Positions 19,386 through 27,541 of a stretch of 47,244 nucleotides of DNA are shown here, piece after piece. How positions within the stretch are numbered: position 1 is the stretch's first letter; each line of letters starts with the position of its first letter. Below the pieces are notes generated by a model. It had not been told where the DNA came from. It made no database searches and saw only the letters and a program-made list of their open reading frames with translations. This stretch comes from a virus. Lineage: Duplodnaviria > Caudoviricetes. Made by a program: the position numbers and the translations under genes. The stretch is from positions 1-47,244 of the IMG/VR virus record IMGVR_UViG_3300021440_000036; one strand, written 5' to 3'.

Positions 19386-21269
19386 CTAAGATATCGAATG
19401 CACCAGCCCCCTGGGGACGACGATGCGCCGATCCCTGTCGACGCGCGACAGGTATGGATTATTGACATGGTGAACACGTCGACGCTGGCCGAATCCGAGG
19501 ATCTCCCTGGCGCGGAGTTCCGCGAACCACAGAGCCATCGGGCCATCCTGCTTGAGATCCTTGCCGCGACGGTTGGGAACCCATGTTATGAGTTGCTCGA
19601 TCAGCGCTTTCACGCCCTCGGAGCAATTGGGATCGGGAAGCTCGATCAGGTTCTCGTGGTCGTGTTCACTGCGGCCGGTTCCCTCGTGGATTCTCTTCAG
19701 TCCGCCGAACAGCGGCGCAATAGAAGCGACCCCGAAGTCGGGGTCCTGCTTATTGCGGCCGGTGTAATGGGGAGTGATTTTAACCCCTTGCCGTCGGCAA
19801 AAATCCTGAATACGCTGGTCATAAATGAGCCAGGCCGCATATGCGTTCTGCTCGATGACCCATTCATTGACGTGGTAAAGTTCAGTCAGCGACTCAATTT
19901 GTTCCGCGTACCACGCAGGAGTCGTGTTGTTCCTCGTCCAGCAGTTCAGCACTCTACGCATTTGCGACTGCCGGTCGACCGAGTACAACAGGATAAACGA
20001 ATCGCCGCTTGATGCCGGGTCGATCGACCCGATGACCCACTGGCCTTCCGGCCCATTCCGGGGATGCCCCCAGGCGCCCGCCTTCAGCGGGCCAGGCTTG
20101 CGTCTTCCCATGACGCAACCCTGAACTACGATCGGATGGAAGATGGCGTCATCGGCAACAGGCGTCTGCATGTAGATCAGCGCCCATGTGTTCGGGCGAA
20201 CGGACGCCCGGACTTCCGCCAGTGCCTTTCCATCCCAGGCCCGGTAGAGGCCATTCTCGTCGGCCGGGTCAGCGTCCTCCTCGTCGAGAGGAGAATTACT
20301 CTTCGGCCAGAGCGTCAGCCACTTGTCGGGATCTTCGTCGTACCGGAACACGGCCGGTTGGCCGAGGTAGGTCCACGGACTTCTGCCCGACAGGTAGTTG
20401 TCTCCGTTGCGAAGCTCGGAGTAAAGGTCGATCGGGGCGACCCTCGTCCCGACGACGAGGATCTTGCCGTCCTTGGCCCGAGATGCAACTTCCTGGTTCA
20501 GCCAGTCCATCTGCTTCGAGAAGTCGTGCGCATTGTCCATCGTGATGCAGTCATCCATCATGATGAGGTCGGTGCGCCGACCGTAAATGTGACCACGGAT
20601 TCCGAGAGCCTGGACGGTGGGGTCCGATTCGGACCCATCGCGGCCAGCGATATAGATCTTACTGGCCGTCCAGACGTCGCCCTTGAAACCATCTCCAGAT
20701 GGCGCGTATGCCATCTGGAGATCAATGTACTGCGGGTCAGTCAGAAGCTTTTTGATCGAGTAGAGGAACTGCTTGGCCAACTCCTGGGTCTTGGAGACCA
20801 GGAGAATGCGGATCTGCGGGTTCATGCAGATCCTGTAGGTCAGATACTCGACGGAGAGCGTTGCGGACTTGGCGTGGAAAGGAGGAGTGTTGATCAGGAT
20901 GCGGTTCGGGCGACCCTTTTCGTACTTGATCGCATCGTTGAATACTTCCGGTTCACGTCCTTCAAGGACGTCGATCCACATCTGCTGATGTGGGTACGTA
21001 TCGCGGTTGAGGTATCGCTTGCGCCACTCGATGAACGACAGCGACGAGACGCTGGCATCCTGCCCGAGTTCGGTCGCTTTCCTTCGGCGTGCACGGACGA
21101 CATCAATGGCCTTGGCGAACTCCGGATCGAATGCACGCCAGTTCTCATAGGTCTTCTGGGTCCGCTCGACGACCCTCATCGCCTCGACGATCGAGGCTCC
21201 CTGGGCGATCAGCTCGATCGCTCGCGCCTTGGCGTCGGCGATCGGCATCATCCCCTTGCGCGGGGGCAT
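19386..21269 (-). CDS. terL: Terminase large subunit with N-terminal HTH
   Basis: YPHQ, Walker A PPFHAKS, G.RTDLIMMDD Walker B, nuclease IDPA...E.N...DGPMALW; GGAGG RBS before ATG 21269. Confidence 0.9.
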   Translation of the reverse strand: MPPRKGMMPIADAKARAIELIAQGASIVEAMRVVERTQKTYENWRAFDPEFAKAIDVVRARRRKATELGQDASVSSLSFIEWRKRYLNRDTYPHQQMWIDVLEGREPEVFNDAIKYEKGRPNRILINTPPFHAKSATLSVEYLTYRICMNPQIRILLVSKTQELAKQFLYSIKKLLTDPQYIDLQMAYAPSGDGFKGDVWTASKIYIAGRDGSESDPTVQALGIRGHIYGRRTDLIMMDDCITMDNAHDFSKQMDWLNQEVASRAKDGKILVVGTRVAPIDLYSELRNGDNYLSGRSPWTYLGQPAVFRYDEDPDKWLTLWPKSNSPLDEEDADPADENGLYRAWDGKALAEVRASVRPNTWALIYMQTPVADDAIFHPIVVQGCVMGRRKPGPLKAGAWGHPRNGPEGQWVIGSIDPASSGDSFILLYSVDRQSQMRRVLNCWTRNNTTPAWYAEQIESLTELYHVNEWVIEQNAYAAWLIYDQRIQDFCRRQGVKITPHYTGRNKQDPDFGVASIAPLFGGLKRIHEGTGRSEHDHENLIELPDPNCSEGVKALIEQLITWVPNRRGKDLKQDGPMALWFAELRAREILGFGQRRRVHHVNNPYLSRVDRDRRIVVPRGLVHSIS

Positions 21270-21304
21270 TGACACCTCCGTGAGGGGCTGGCTACGGTCT
21301 GTGT

Positions 21305-21556
21305 GTGACGTACGAGGGACACAGGTTGGCCTGGGTACAGGCCGGAGCGAAGATGGACGCACCGGATCTCTGCCGGGCTGGCTGCACATGCGGGCGGGTC
21401 TTCGGCCCGGGCAAGCCGTCAGATGTGCGTGGGCGGCACTCCTGCCACGCGAAATCCATGAGGGAGAACAGGGATGCACTGGCTAGGGATGCTGCGCTGG
21501 AGGCGCAGGGCACGGCACAGGCGCCTCCAGGAGAGGCGCCAAGCCTCGATTGGTAA
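21305..21556 (+). CDS. Small Cys/His hypothetical protein
   Basis: H...CTC...H..H possible Zn site. Confidence 0.45.
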   Translation: MTYEGHRLAWVQAGAKMDAPDLCRAGCTCGRVFGPGKPSDVRGRHSCHAKSMRENRDALARDAALEAQGTAQAPPGEAPSLDW

Positions 21557-21637
21557 TGTCGTGGCGCACTTCACCATGATCGAGGCGATGCGAGCCCTAC
21601 AGGGCACGCAGGGTCCGAGGAGCCGGAGGAACTGGCC

Positions 21638-22000
21638 GTGAGCCAACCTGAAGAACAAGAACCGAAGTACGTCATCATGGACGATGACGGCATCGTCAGA
21701 GCGCTCGTCGGGTCCGTCGACAACGACGTCTTCAACGCGGCGGTCAAGGCCGCGCGGAGCACACACAGGCACGCGTGGATCTGCACGATCCTTGGATTCG
21801 GCGGGTTCATCATCCCGCCGCTCGTCTACTTCATGGCACTCGGAGTGACCCTCGGCCGCAGCACCTACGTGCTGACCGGCCGGAAGTCCAGTGTCGCCTG
21901 GAACCTGTCCTTCGTGTGCATGTCACTGATGTTTCTGGAGTGGGGATACCTCGTCAGCCAAGGGATCATCCCCGAGATCCTGGAGAGGCTGAAGTTCTGA
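21638..22000 (+). CDS. Membrane protein
   Basis: GGAGG RBS, acidic N-terminus, 2-3 hydrophobic segments. Confidence 0.7.
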   Translation: MSQPEEQEPKYVIMDDDGIVRALVGSVDNDVFNAAVKAARSTHRHAWICTILGFGGFIIPPLVYFMALGVTLGRSTYVLTGRKSSVAWNLSFVCMSLMFLEWGYLVSQGIIPEILERLKF

Positions 22001-22356
22001 TGGAGAACCCAGAAGAGACGCCCGAGTCGACTGCGGTCGACGAGGAGGAGAACGACGTCGTTGAACACTCCGTCGGGTCGCTCGTCCTGAACATCGAGGG
22101 CGCCCCCCGTGAGGGCGCATTCGTCGCAGACGCCTCGGTGGTCCTCGGCGTCCTGGGGCTCATCGGAGCCTTCTGGTTTCCGTTGATCCCGGCCGCTGTC
22201 TTCGCCATCGCTTATGGCCTTGCGGCCGTGAAGATCGACCACCGGAACACCCACGTCGGCATCCGTGCCGGATTCATCGCCATGGCGATCTTCATCAACG
22301 TGGTGTTCGCGGTCAGGTTCCCTGACTTCGCAAGGGGGATGTACAGCAACCTCTGA
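22000..22356 (+). CDS. Membrane protein
   Basis: ATG overlaps the upstream TGA; acidic N-terminus, 2-3 TM segments. Confidence 0.7.
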   Translation: MENPEETPESTAVDEEENDVVEHSVGSLVLNIEGAPREGAFVADASVVLGVLGLIGAFWFPLIPAAVFAIAYGLAAVKIDHRNTHVGIRAGFIAMAIFINVVFAVRFPDFARGMYSNL

Positions 22357-22433
22357 TAGGGGGGCGACCCACGGAGCCCCCGCCAAGATTCCTCGGCGAC
22401 GCTCCACTCCCCGGCCGTCGCCGAGGGCAGACC

Positions 22434-22470
22434 AGTCAGCCGTCCCAATGGGCGGCTGACTTCATTTCCA
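22434..22470 (+). terminator. Terminator-like hairpin after the membrane genes
   Basis: AGTCAGCCGTCC CAAT GGGCGGCTGACT followed by TCATTT. Confidence 0.5.
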
Positions 22471-22489
22471 GAAGCAATTCAAGGTCAAT

Positions 22490-22685
22490 GCACCGGTGAC
22501 CTCCGGCGGGTCACCGGTGCCAACACTCCGCAATAGCAGCGCCCTTAAGGGCGCTGCTCTAGAACAGGTTCACTCCCTTAAGAGTGAACCTGTAACTAAC
22601 TGCCTTTAACTGCAACTCGGAATCCCCTTAAAGGGATTCCGTACATCGCTCACGAAGTTCGCTCGCCTCCGCCCTTAAGGCGGAG
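22490..22685. repeat. Array of inverted repeats, four with CCCTTAA at the apex (origin/packaging candidate)
   Basis: Hairpins at 22490-22520, 22535-22558, 22564-22593, 22618-22641, 22667-22685. Confidence 0.8.
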
Positions 22686-22755
22686 TCTCGCTCACTTCGT
22701 TCGCTCTATAATAGAGAGGGGTCCTCGCAGGCCACCGCTCGGACCACTTTTTTGA

Positions 22756-22771
22756 TGTGACGTTCGTCACA
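22756..22771. promoter_or_regulatory. CRP/GlxR-type site TGTGA-N6-TCACA
   Basis: TGTGA CGTTCG TCACA is an exact consensus match. Confidence 0.5.
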
Positions 22772-23206
22772 TCGTCGATGATATGCCTCTCACCTGCGGA
22801 AACGCAGGTGAGAACTTGGCCACACGGCCCCGGTAAGGCCGTGTGGCGGTGCGCACGGCCTCTTGGGTAGGCCGTGCACTGTGTTGCCGCCGCCGCTGCC
22901 GCCGACCGGGAAAAAATCAGACGGGGGATAGTAGGCGGCAGGGGCATAGGCGATATTTAGCATGATGGGGTCATAGATCATGCCATGATATGACATGGCA
23001 TGATAAGCCAATGATGTAATGTATGTGTTGTATGTCCCAATTGTCCAGCATGCAAGGCTGGACAATGCAGATAATTGACTCATGTTATGTCATATATAGT
23101 GATGACATGACATATACGGCACGATTGCACTACTGCCCTGAGATGCACACGCGTCACACACGCGCGTGTGCACGCGTATGCGCACACACGTGCGCATGTG
23201 GCAACT

Positions 23207-23271
23207 AACCTACGCATACGTAGGTTAGGTAAGCCTAAGTTACTGATAAGTAACCTACCGACCGGTAGGTT
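23207..23271. promoter_or_regulatory. Three tandem TAC-N6-GTA palindromes (operator candidates)
   Basis: AACCTAC-N6-GTAGGTT at 23207 and 23252; AAGTTAC-N6-GTAACCT at 23237. Confidence 0.5.
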
Positions 23272-23529
23272 TATGTCGTAAACTATCCCCCTCCCGCATA
23301 CTTATGCAGCATGCCGCATATATGCTGCATAAAGCCGCTGGCGGCCATGATCCCCACACGGACGCCCGGCATACGGGCGTCCGGAAGGGGCACGCGCACG
23401 CCGCGTGCCAGCAAGTCGGCGGGACGTTGGTCCCGCCGGGTATGTCCGGATGGTCAGGAATGACCATCCATTGACATCCATCTATATCAGCAGGTCAGAA
23501 GCTTTTTTCAAGAAAGTTCCATGATCGCC

Positions 23530-23558
23530 TTGACAGGCTCTCAGGTCTGGGGCAGTGT
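23530..23558 (+). promoter_or_regulatory. Probable early promoter
   Basis: TTGACA-17 bp-CAGTGT upstream of the plus-strand gene array. Confidence 0.45.
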
Positions 23559-23564
23559 CATCCC

Positions 23565-24000
23565 TGTCACCGCAACGCAACGCAGCGATGACAAGGTCTC
23601 CCGGACACACCGGAAGCCCCAAGGGTCGGTGACAGCGAGCCTTGAAAACGATCATTTACAAGACAACAGTGGCGGACAGTAGGGATGACAGCGGTCACTA
23701 CTCGCGCCTAGAGACATCCCCCGGAAACGGCGGATGCGCTCACGCGCTACAGGGTGATCGGCTGAAACAGACGGGAACGGCCCGCCGTGAGCGATCATGC
23801 ACAGGGATTGCGACGATAAGCGGTAGGCATGCCCGGTAGACGCGTTATGCGCGTCAAGCCTCCCGATGGGTCCGGAGTGCCATCATGCGTATGCCGCATG
23901 ATGGGCACAGTGCTTATCCATTCCTCTCAGAACGCCTTTACGGGCGTTCTCATGGTGGTCGACCGGGCGACCGGTCGTCCGCCATGGGAACACTAGGAAG
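23565..24000 (+). ncRNA. Long structured leader or ncRNA of the early transcript
   Basis: Dense nested hairpins, GAAA loops, long-range pairs, boxA-like CCTTGAAAAC; no convincing ORF. Confidence 0.45.
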
Positions 24001-24010
24001 GATCACTGAG

Positions 24011-24361
24011 ATGACGATGATGGTTGACGTGCGTGGGTATTGGAATCGCCAGATTGACATCTCGCAGACAGAGATGCAACGCCAGGCGGACGGACAGGCC
24101 AACGGCGTGATGATGATGAGCAATGAGTGCGCAGTGGCGATTGCCACCCAATGGCAGTCGCCTGGAACGATCGGCAACGTGCTGGCGCGGTTCGCCAGCA
24201 CGCACGCAGCACCGGTCAGCGACTTGTGTCATGACATCGACGCGACGTTGCACGACCTGGAAATGTCATACCCCAGTCGCTACCTTGAGGAATATGAGAG
24301 CTACACAAGGCAGCTCAAGGCGCTCAAGGCGTGGGCGCGATGGTTCGTGTCCGGCGAATGA
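24011..24361 (+). CDS. Early hypothetical protein
   Basis: AGGAAGG RBS, first gene of the array. Confidence 0.7.
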   Translation: MTMMVDVRGYWNRQIDISQTEMQRQADGQANGVMMMSNECAVAIATQWQSPGTIGNVLARFASTHAAPVSDLCHDIDATLHDLEMSYPSRYLEEYESYTRQLKALKAWARWFVSGE

Positions 24362-24451
24362 CGAAAGGCCGTCAGCATGGCACGCACGCCCTTACAGGGG
24401 CATGCGTGCCATGTGGTCTGCCTACTCGGCAGCTAGAGAGAGGATCGGGAT

Positions 24452-24829
24452 ATGACGCACTACCACACGATCATGCATCAAGAGGGTTGCGGTTTCGACG
24501 CGCCGGACGTCGACACCCACGAAACGTGGGAGTGGACGAAACGTCACATCGGCAATCAGATCGAAAGATCATGGGACGCGGAAGTCGAGGGTGTTGCTCA
24601 TGACGCCAATCGACGCGTGGCGCGCGCACAGATCGACGATCGCTACCTTGAGCCCCACACGTCCGTGTCTTTCATGCCGGAACCGTCCGGCCTTGGCCCG
24701 TACTACGGGACGTCGGTCGTCGTTCCGAACCCGCACCGCATCGGCGGTGCGGGTGATGTCTACCTCGCATGGACGTGCGAGGACAGTGACTGCGAGCACC
24801 TGGCTGCCCTTCAGGCAGCCGCAGACTGA
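24452..24829 (+). CDS. Early hypothetical protein
   Basis: GAGAGG RBS, 125 aa. Confidence 0.75.
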   Translation: MTHYHTIMHQEGCGFDAPDVDTHETWEWTKRHIGNQIERSWDAEVEGVAHDANRRVARAQIDDRYLEPHTSVSFMPEPSGLGPYYGTSVVVPNPHRIGGAGDVYLAWTCEDSDCEHLAALQAAAD

Positions 24830-24893
24830 CGTTGTACGGGTGCACGGTGATCCGTGCATCCGATAGAGCGTCAGCTCTAAAGGATGAGAGGAT

Positions 24894-25226
24894 ATGCACA
24901 TGCCGTATTTCGTCACAATCAATCAGTATGGCATGCCCGGATCGCACGGCACTCCGGAGGAGATCGGAACTCGGTTCGATTCCCTGGAAAAGATCCAAGC
25001 GTGGTGCCGTGCGATCATTCAGAACGACGATCCCACGTGGCCGTGTCCACAATCCGGGAGCTACGTCGAGGAGAAATACGCCGGTAGCGTCTTCCGCGTG
25101 TGGCAACCGGGCATGTGGTTCGACGTGTACCCGATCGTCGTCATTGACGGCGAGGAGACTACGGATGAACCGCGCTGCCGCTACTCGGACGGCCCACGAA
25201 ACGGGCTTGCCCGTGAGTACTTCTGA
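24894..25226 (+). CDS. Early hypothetical protein
   Basis: GAGAGG RBS, 110 aa. Confidence 0.75.
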   Translation: MHMPYFVTINQYGMPGSHGTPEEIGTRFDSLEKIQAWCRAIIQNDDPTWPCPQSGSYVEEKYAGSVFRVWQPGMWFDVYPIVVIDGEETTDEPRCRYSDGPRNGLAREYF

Positions 25227-25289
25227 TGGGTGAGTCTCAAGCCCCTACGGGGGCTTGGGGCTGAAACATCAGCCGGAGAGGGTGAGCAT

Positions 25290-25670
25290 ATGATGACTGC
25301 CAGCATTAAGGGGTTCCAGAGGTACCACGGAGAGTGGGGACCGATGGAACTGCCAGAAGCGCGCCGTCTCGGATGGATCATGGCTAATGGCATCCTCGAC
25401 AGCGACGGAGTCAAGGGAAAGATCCATCCCGAAGTGATCTTCGTCCTGGCGAAACACTACGCCCGTGCGATGCACGGAGAGGTGGAACGTCTCGCCAATG
25501 ACCTTGAATGCGATCCGCGTCTACTGGTCGAACAGGTCGAGGCCGACCGTCAGATCATGTTCCACGCCGGAGTGCGCAGTAGCACGAACAATCCGTACTA
25601 CCGAGATCGTATTCTCGATTACGACATCCTGACGACGTGGGCCATTCAATGCATGAGGATCGATGGCTGA
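25290..25670 (+). CDS. Early hypothetical protein
   Basis: GGAGAGGG RBS before MMTAS. Confidence 0.7.
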   Translation: MMTASIKGFQRYHGEWGPMELPEARRLGWIMANGILDSDGVKGKIHPEVIFVLAKHYARAMHGEVERLANDLECDPRLLVEQVEADRQIMFHAGVRSSTNNPYYRDRILDYDILTTWAIQCMRIDG

Positions 25671-25732
25671 ATCCTCGGCCGCCATGAGCGGCCGTTGGTT
25701 GAACCAGCGGATTGATTACCTAGGAGGATAAG

Positions 25733-26038
25733 ATGCCAGTAAGCGAGAAAAAGGCGAAGGGCGTTCTTGAGACGTTCGCCGAAGTTCTCGGGGCTCCCCA
25801 CTACGGCGGGAACGGCGAGAAATGCCCTACCGGGCGGGACGCGTTCTGGTCCGGCCTCGGGCCGGATCTGATCGAATACGATGTGGACCGTGACGGCAAC
25901 ACCGTGTATGCCGTCGTCTTCGAGTCGGCCTGTTCGGAAGGCTGGACACAGCAAGGCGTCATCGACGTGCAAGCGCTCCATCCTGACGTATTTCTCGAAC
26001 CAGCAGACGGCTGCACCGTCTGCATCTACCCTGCCTGA
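25733..26038 (+). CDS. Early hypothetical protein
   Basis: AGGAGG RBS, acidic, 101 aa. Confidence 0.75.
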   Translation: MPVSEKKAKGVLETFAEVLGAPHYGGNGEKCPTGRDAFWSGLGPDLIEYDVDRDGNTVYAVVFESACSEGWTQQGVIDVQALHPDVFLEPADGCTVCIYPA

Positions 26039-26106
26039 CGTTGAATACCGTGGCCCCCTTGGGGCCACGCAGTTGAGCGTCAATGCTCGGAAAAGAGGAA
26101 AGCACA

Positions 26107-26361
26107 ATGAGCGTCGCGGATACCATCGTCACGATGTACGCCCTTCGGAGCCAGATTCAGGAGATCAATGCTGCTCTGCCCGAAACGGCCGAACCGTTGG
26201 ACTTCTGGACCAACACCTACTGCCCCAATCCTGCCGACCGCAACGATCTGCGTTGCGGGATGGACAAGGGGCGTACGTTCACCGGGCCGCATGCCCGGAA
26301 GCTTGCCAGGGACGCCATGAGGACGGAGCTGGTTGTACGGGACTTCGACCCGTGCGCATGA
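26107..26361 (+). CDS. Early hypothetical protein
   Basis: GAGGAAAG RBS before MSVADT. Confidence 0.7.
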   Translation: MSVADTIVTMYALRSQIQEINAALPETAEPLDFWTNTYCPNPADRNDLRCGMDKGRTFTGPHARKLARDAMRTELVVRDFDPCA

Positions 26362-26419
26362 GAATGAGGCCGCTCACGCACGCATCTCGCATGCGTGCGT
26401 TATGAGGTTTCAGATCTCA
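26359..26419 (+). repeat. Intergenic stem-loop family A, copy 1
   Basis: TGAGA...GCTC[stem]TATGA...TCTCA, 61 nt. Confidence 0.75.
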
Positions 26420-26437
26420 CAATGGGAGGAAAAGCAC

Positions 26438-26977
26438 ATGAACATCATCATTTCCTGCGATTCATTCGAGGACCTCGAAGATGGTATTGCCCACAGTGGG
26501 CATTACTTCGAGTTCGAGGACTGCGATGAGTTCACAGAGATGCGATGCCCCGACTGCGGTGAGAATATCGTCGATGAACACGAGAACCACAAGGTGGTCA
26601 TGGTCTCGGGTTTGGCTTACCTGACCGACAGCCTTGACCTGAACGTCCTTGCTGCCGCAGTCGCGATCGACGACCACGCCATGCAGCTGGACGACGTTCA
26701 CGGGCGTGACGCCGTGAGGGCATGGAAAGAGGATGGTCATCCCGTCGATCATGACTCACACACCTGGATTCAGGACTTCGACGAGAACTTCCTCGGAGTG
26801 TGGAGATCCGTGGCTGACTACGCCAAGAGCTACGCCGAAGACGTCTGCTCGGAGCAATTCAAGGACGTCCCGAAGTGGGTCGTCATCGACTGGGACAAGA
26901 CGGGTGCGGAGTTGATCCAAGGAATGTGGGCCGAACGGACGGTCGACGGCAGATACGTCATGATTTTCGGAGAATGA
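26438..26977 (+). CDS. ardA: ArdA-like antirestriction (DNA mimic) protein
   Basis: Very acidic; F.ENFLGVWRSVADYAKSYAED...P.W..IDWDK...EL pattern of the ArdA C-terminal half. Confidence 0.72.
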   Translation: MNIIISCDSFEDLEDGIAHSGHYFEFEDCDEFTEMRCPDCGENIVDEHENHKVVMVSGLAYLTDSLDLNVLAAAVAIDDHAMQLDDVHGRDAVRAWKEDGHPVDHDSHTWIQDFDENFLGVWRSVADYAKSYAEDVCSEQFKDVPKWVVIDWDKTGAELIQGMWAERTVDGRYVMIFGE

Positions 26978-27035
26978 GAGCGAGATCACTCGCGTGCGCG
27001 TCACGTACGTGCACGCTGTGAGATTCCGAATCTCA
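26975..27035 (+). repeat. Intergenic stem-loop family A, copy 2
   Basis: TGAGA...ACTC[stem]TGTGA...TCTCA, 61 nt. Confidence 0.75.
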
Positions 27036-27054
27036 AGATCAGGAGGGATAAGTA

Positions 27055-27465
27055 ATGGTCGGAACGACGTACGAGAATCGCCGTCCGGCGTACCTCGTCG
27101 TGATGGATTACATCGGAGAGATTGCTACCGGATCAGCCCAGGGCACGCCGTGCCAATGGGAAATCAAGTGGTACATCGACACGCCGTACGCCATCAAGGC
27201 GATCGAGTGGGCGAAAGCGAGTGCGACGTTCATCAACCCACTCACGAACGTCGCTGTTATCGGTGGGCCGGTTCCCAATGGAGTGAAAGGGACCGAGTTG
27301 CTCTCATGCTGCAGGAGGGAGCTGGTCCAACATCGTCAGGTGTTCATTCGTCGGCAACTCGCCGACACCGGGCGGGTAATGTGGGTGAAGGTCAATGGCT
27401 ACGGGATTCCCGAAGGCCACGACCGGAACCGCTGGTTTCTGCCGCAGGTCAACCAGGAGGGATGA
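27055..27465 (+). CDS. Early hypothetical protein
   Basis: AGGAGG RBS, 136 aa. Confidence 0.7.
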   Translation: MVGTTYENRRPAYLVVMDYIGEIATGSAQGTPCQWEIKWYIDTPYAIKAIEWAKASATFINPLTNVAVIGGPVPNGVKGTELLSCCRRELVQHRQVFIRRQLADTGRVMWVKVNGYGIPEGHDRNRWFLPQVNQEG

Positions 27466-27524
27466 GAAATGGGTCACTCGGATGCATGCACGGGGTCGTG
27501 CGTCCTGTGAGACCTGACGTCTCA
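27463..27524 (+). repeat. Intergenic stem-loop family A, copy 3
   Basis: TGAGA...ACTC[stem]TGTGA...TCTCA, 62 nt. Confidence 0.75.
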
Positions 27525-27541
27525 TTGAGAGGAGAAGCACG

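Noticed and set aside
22490-23271. Possible CRISPR array, given the Cas4-like gene
   Set aside because: No identical direct repeats with regular spacers; only inverted repeats; Cas4-like nucleases are common stand-alone phage genes
22675-23467. Short ORFs in the control region
   Set aside because: Translations simply reflect palindromes and RY tracts; no RBS
26359-27524. Canonical integron attC sites or known self-cleaving ribozymes
   Set aside because: No RYYYAAC/GTTRRRY ends; no hammerhead CUGANGA/GAAA core or other recognisable ribozyme core; kept only as an unclassified motif
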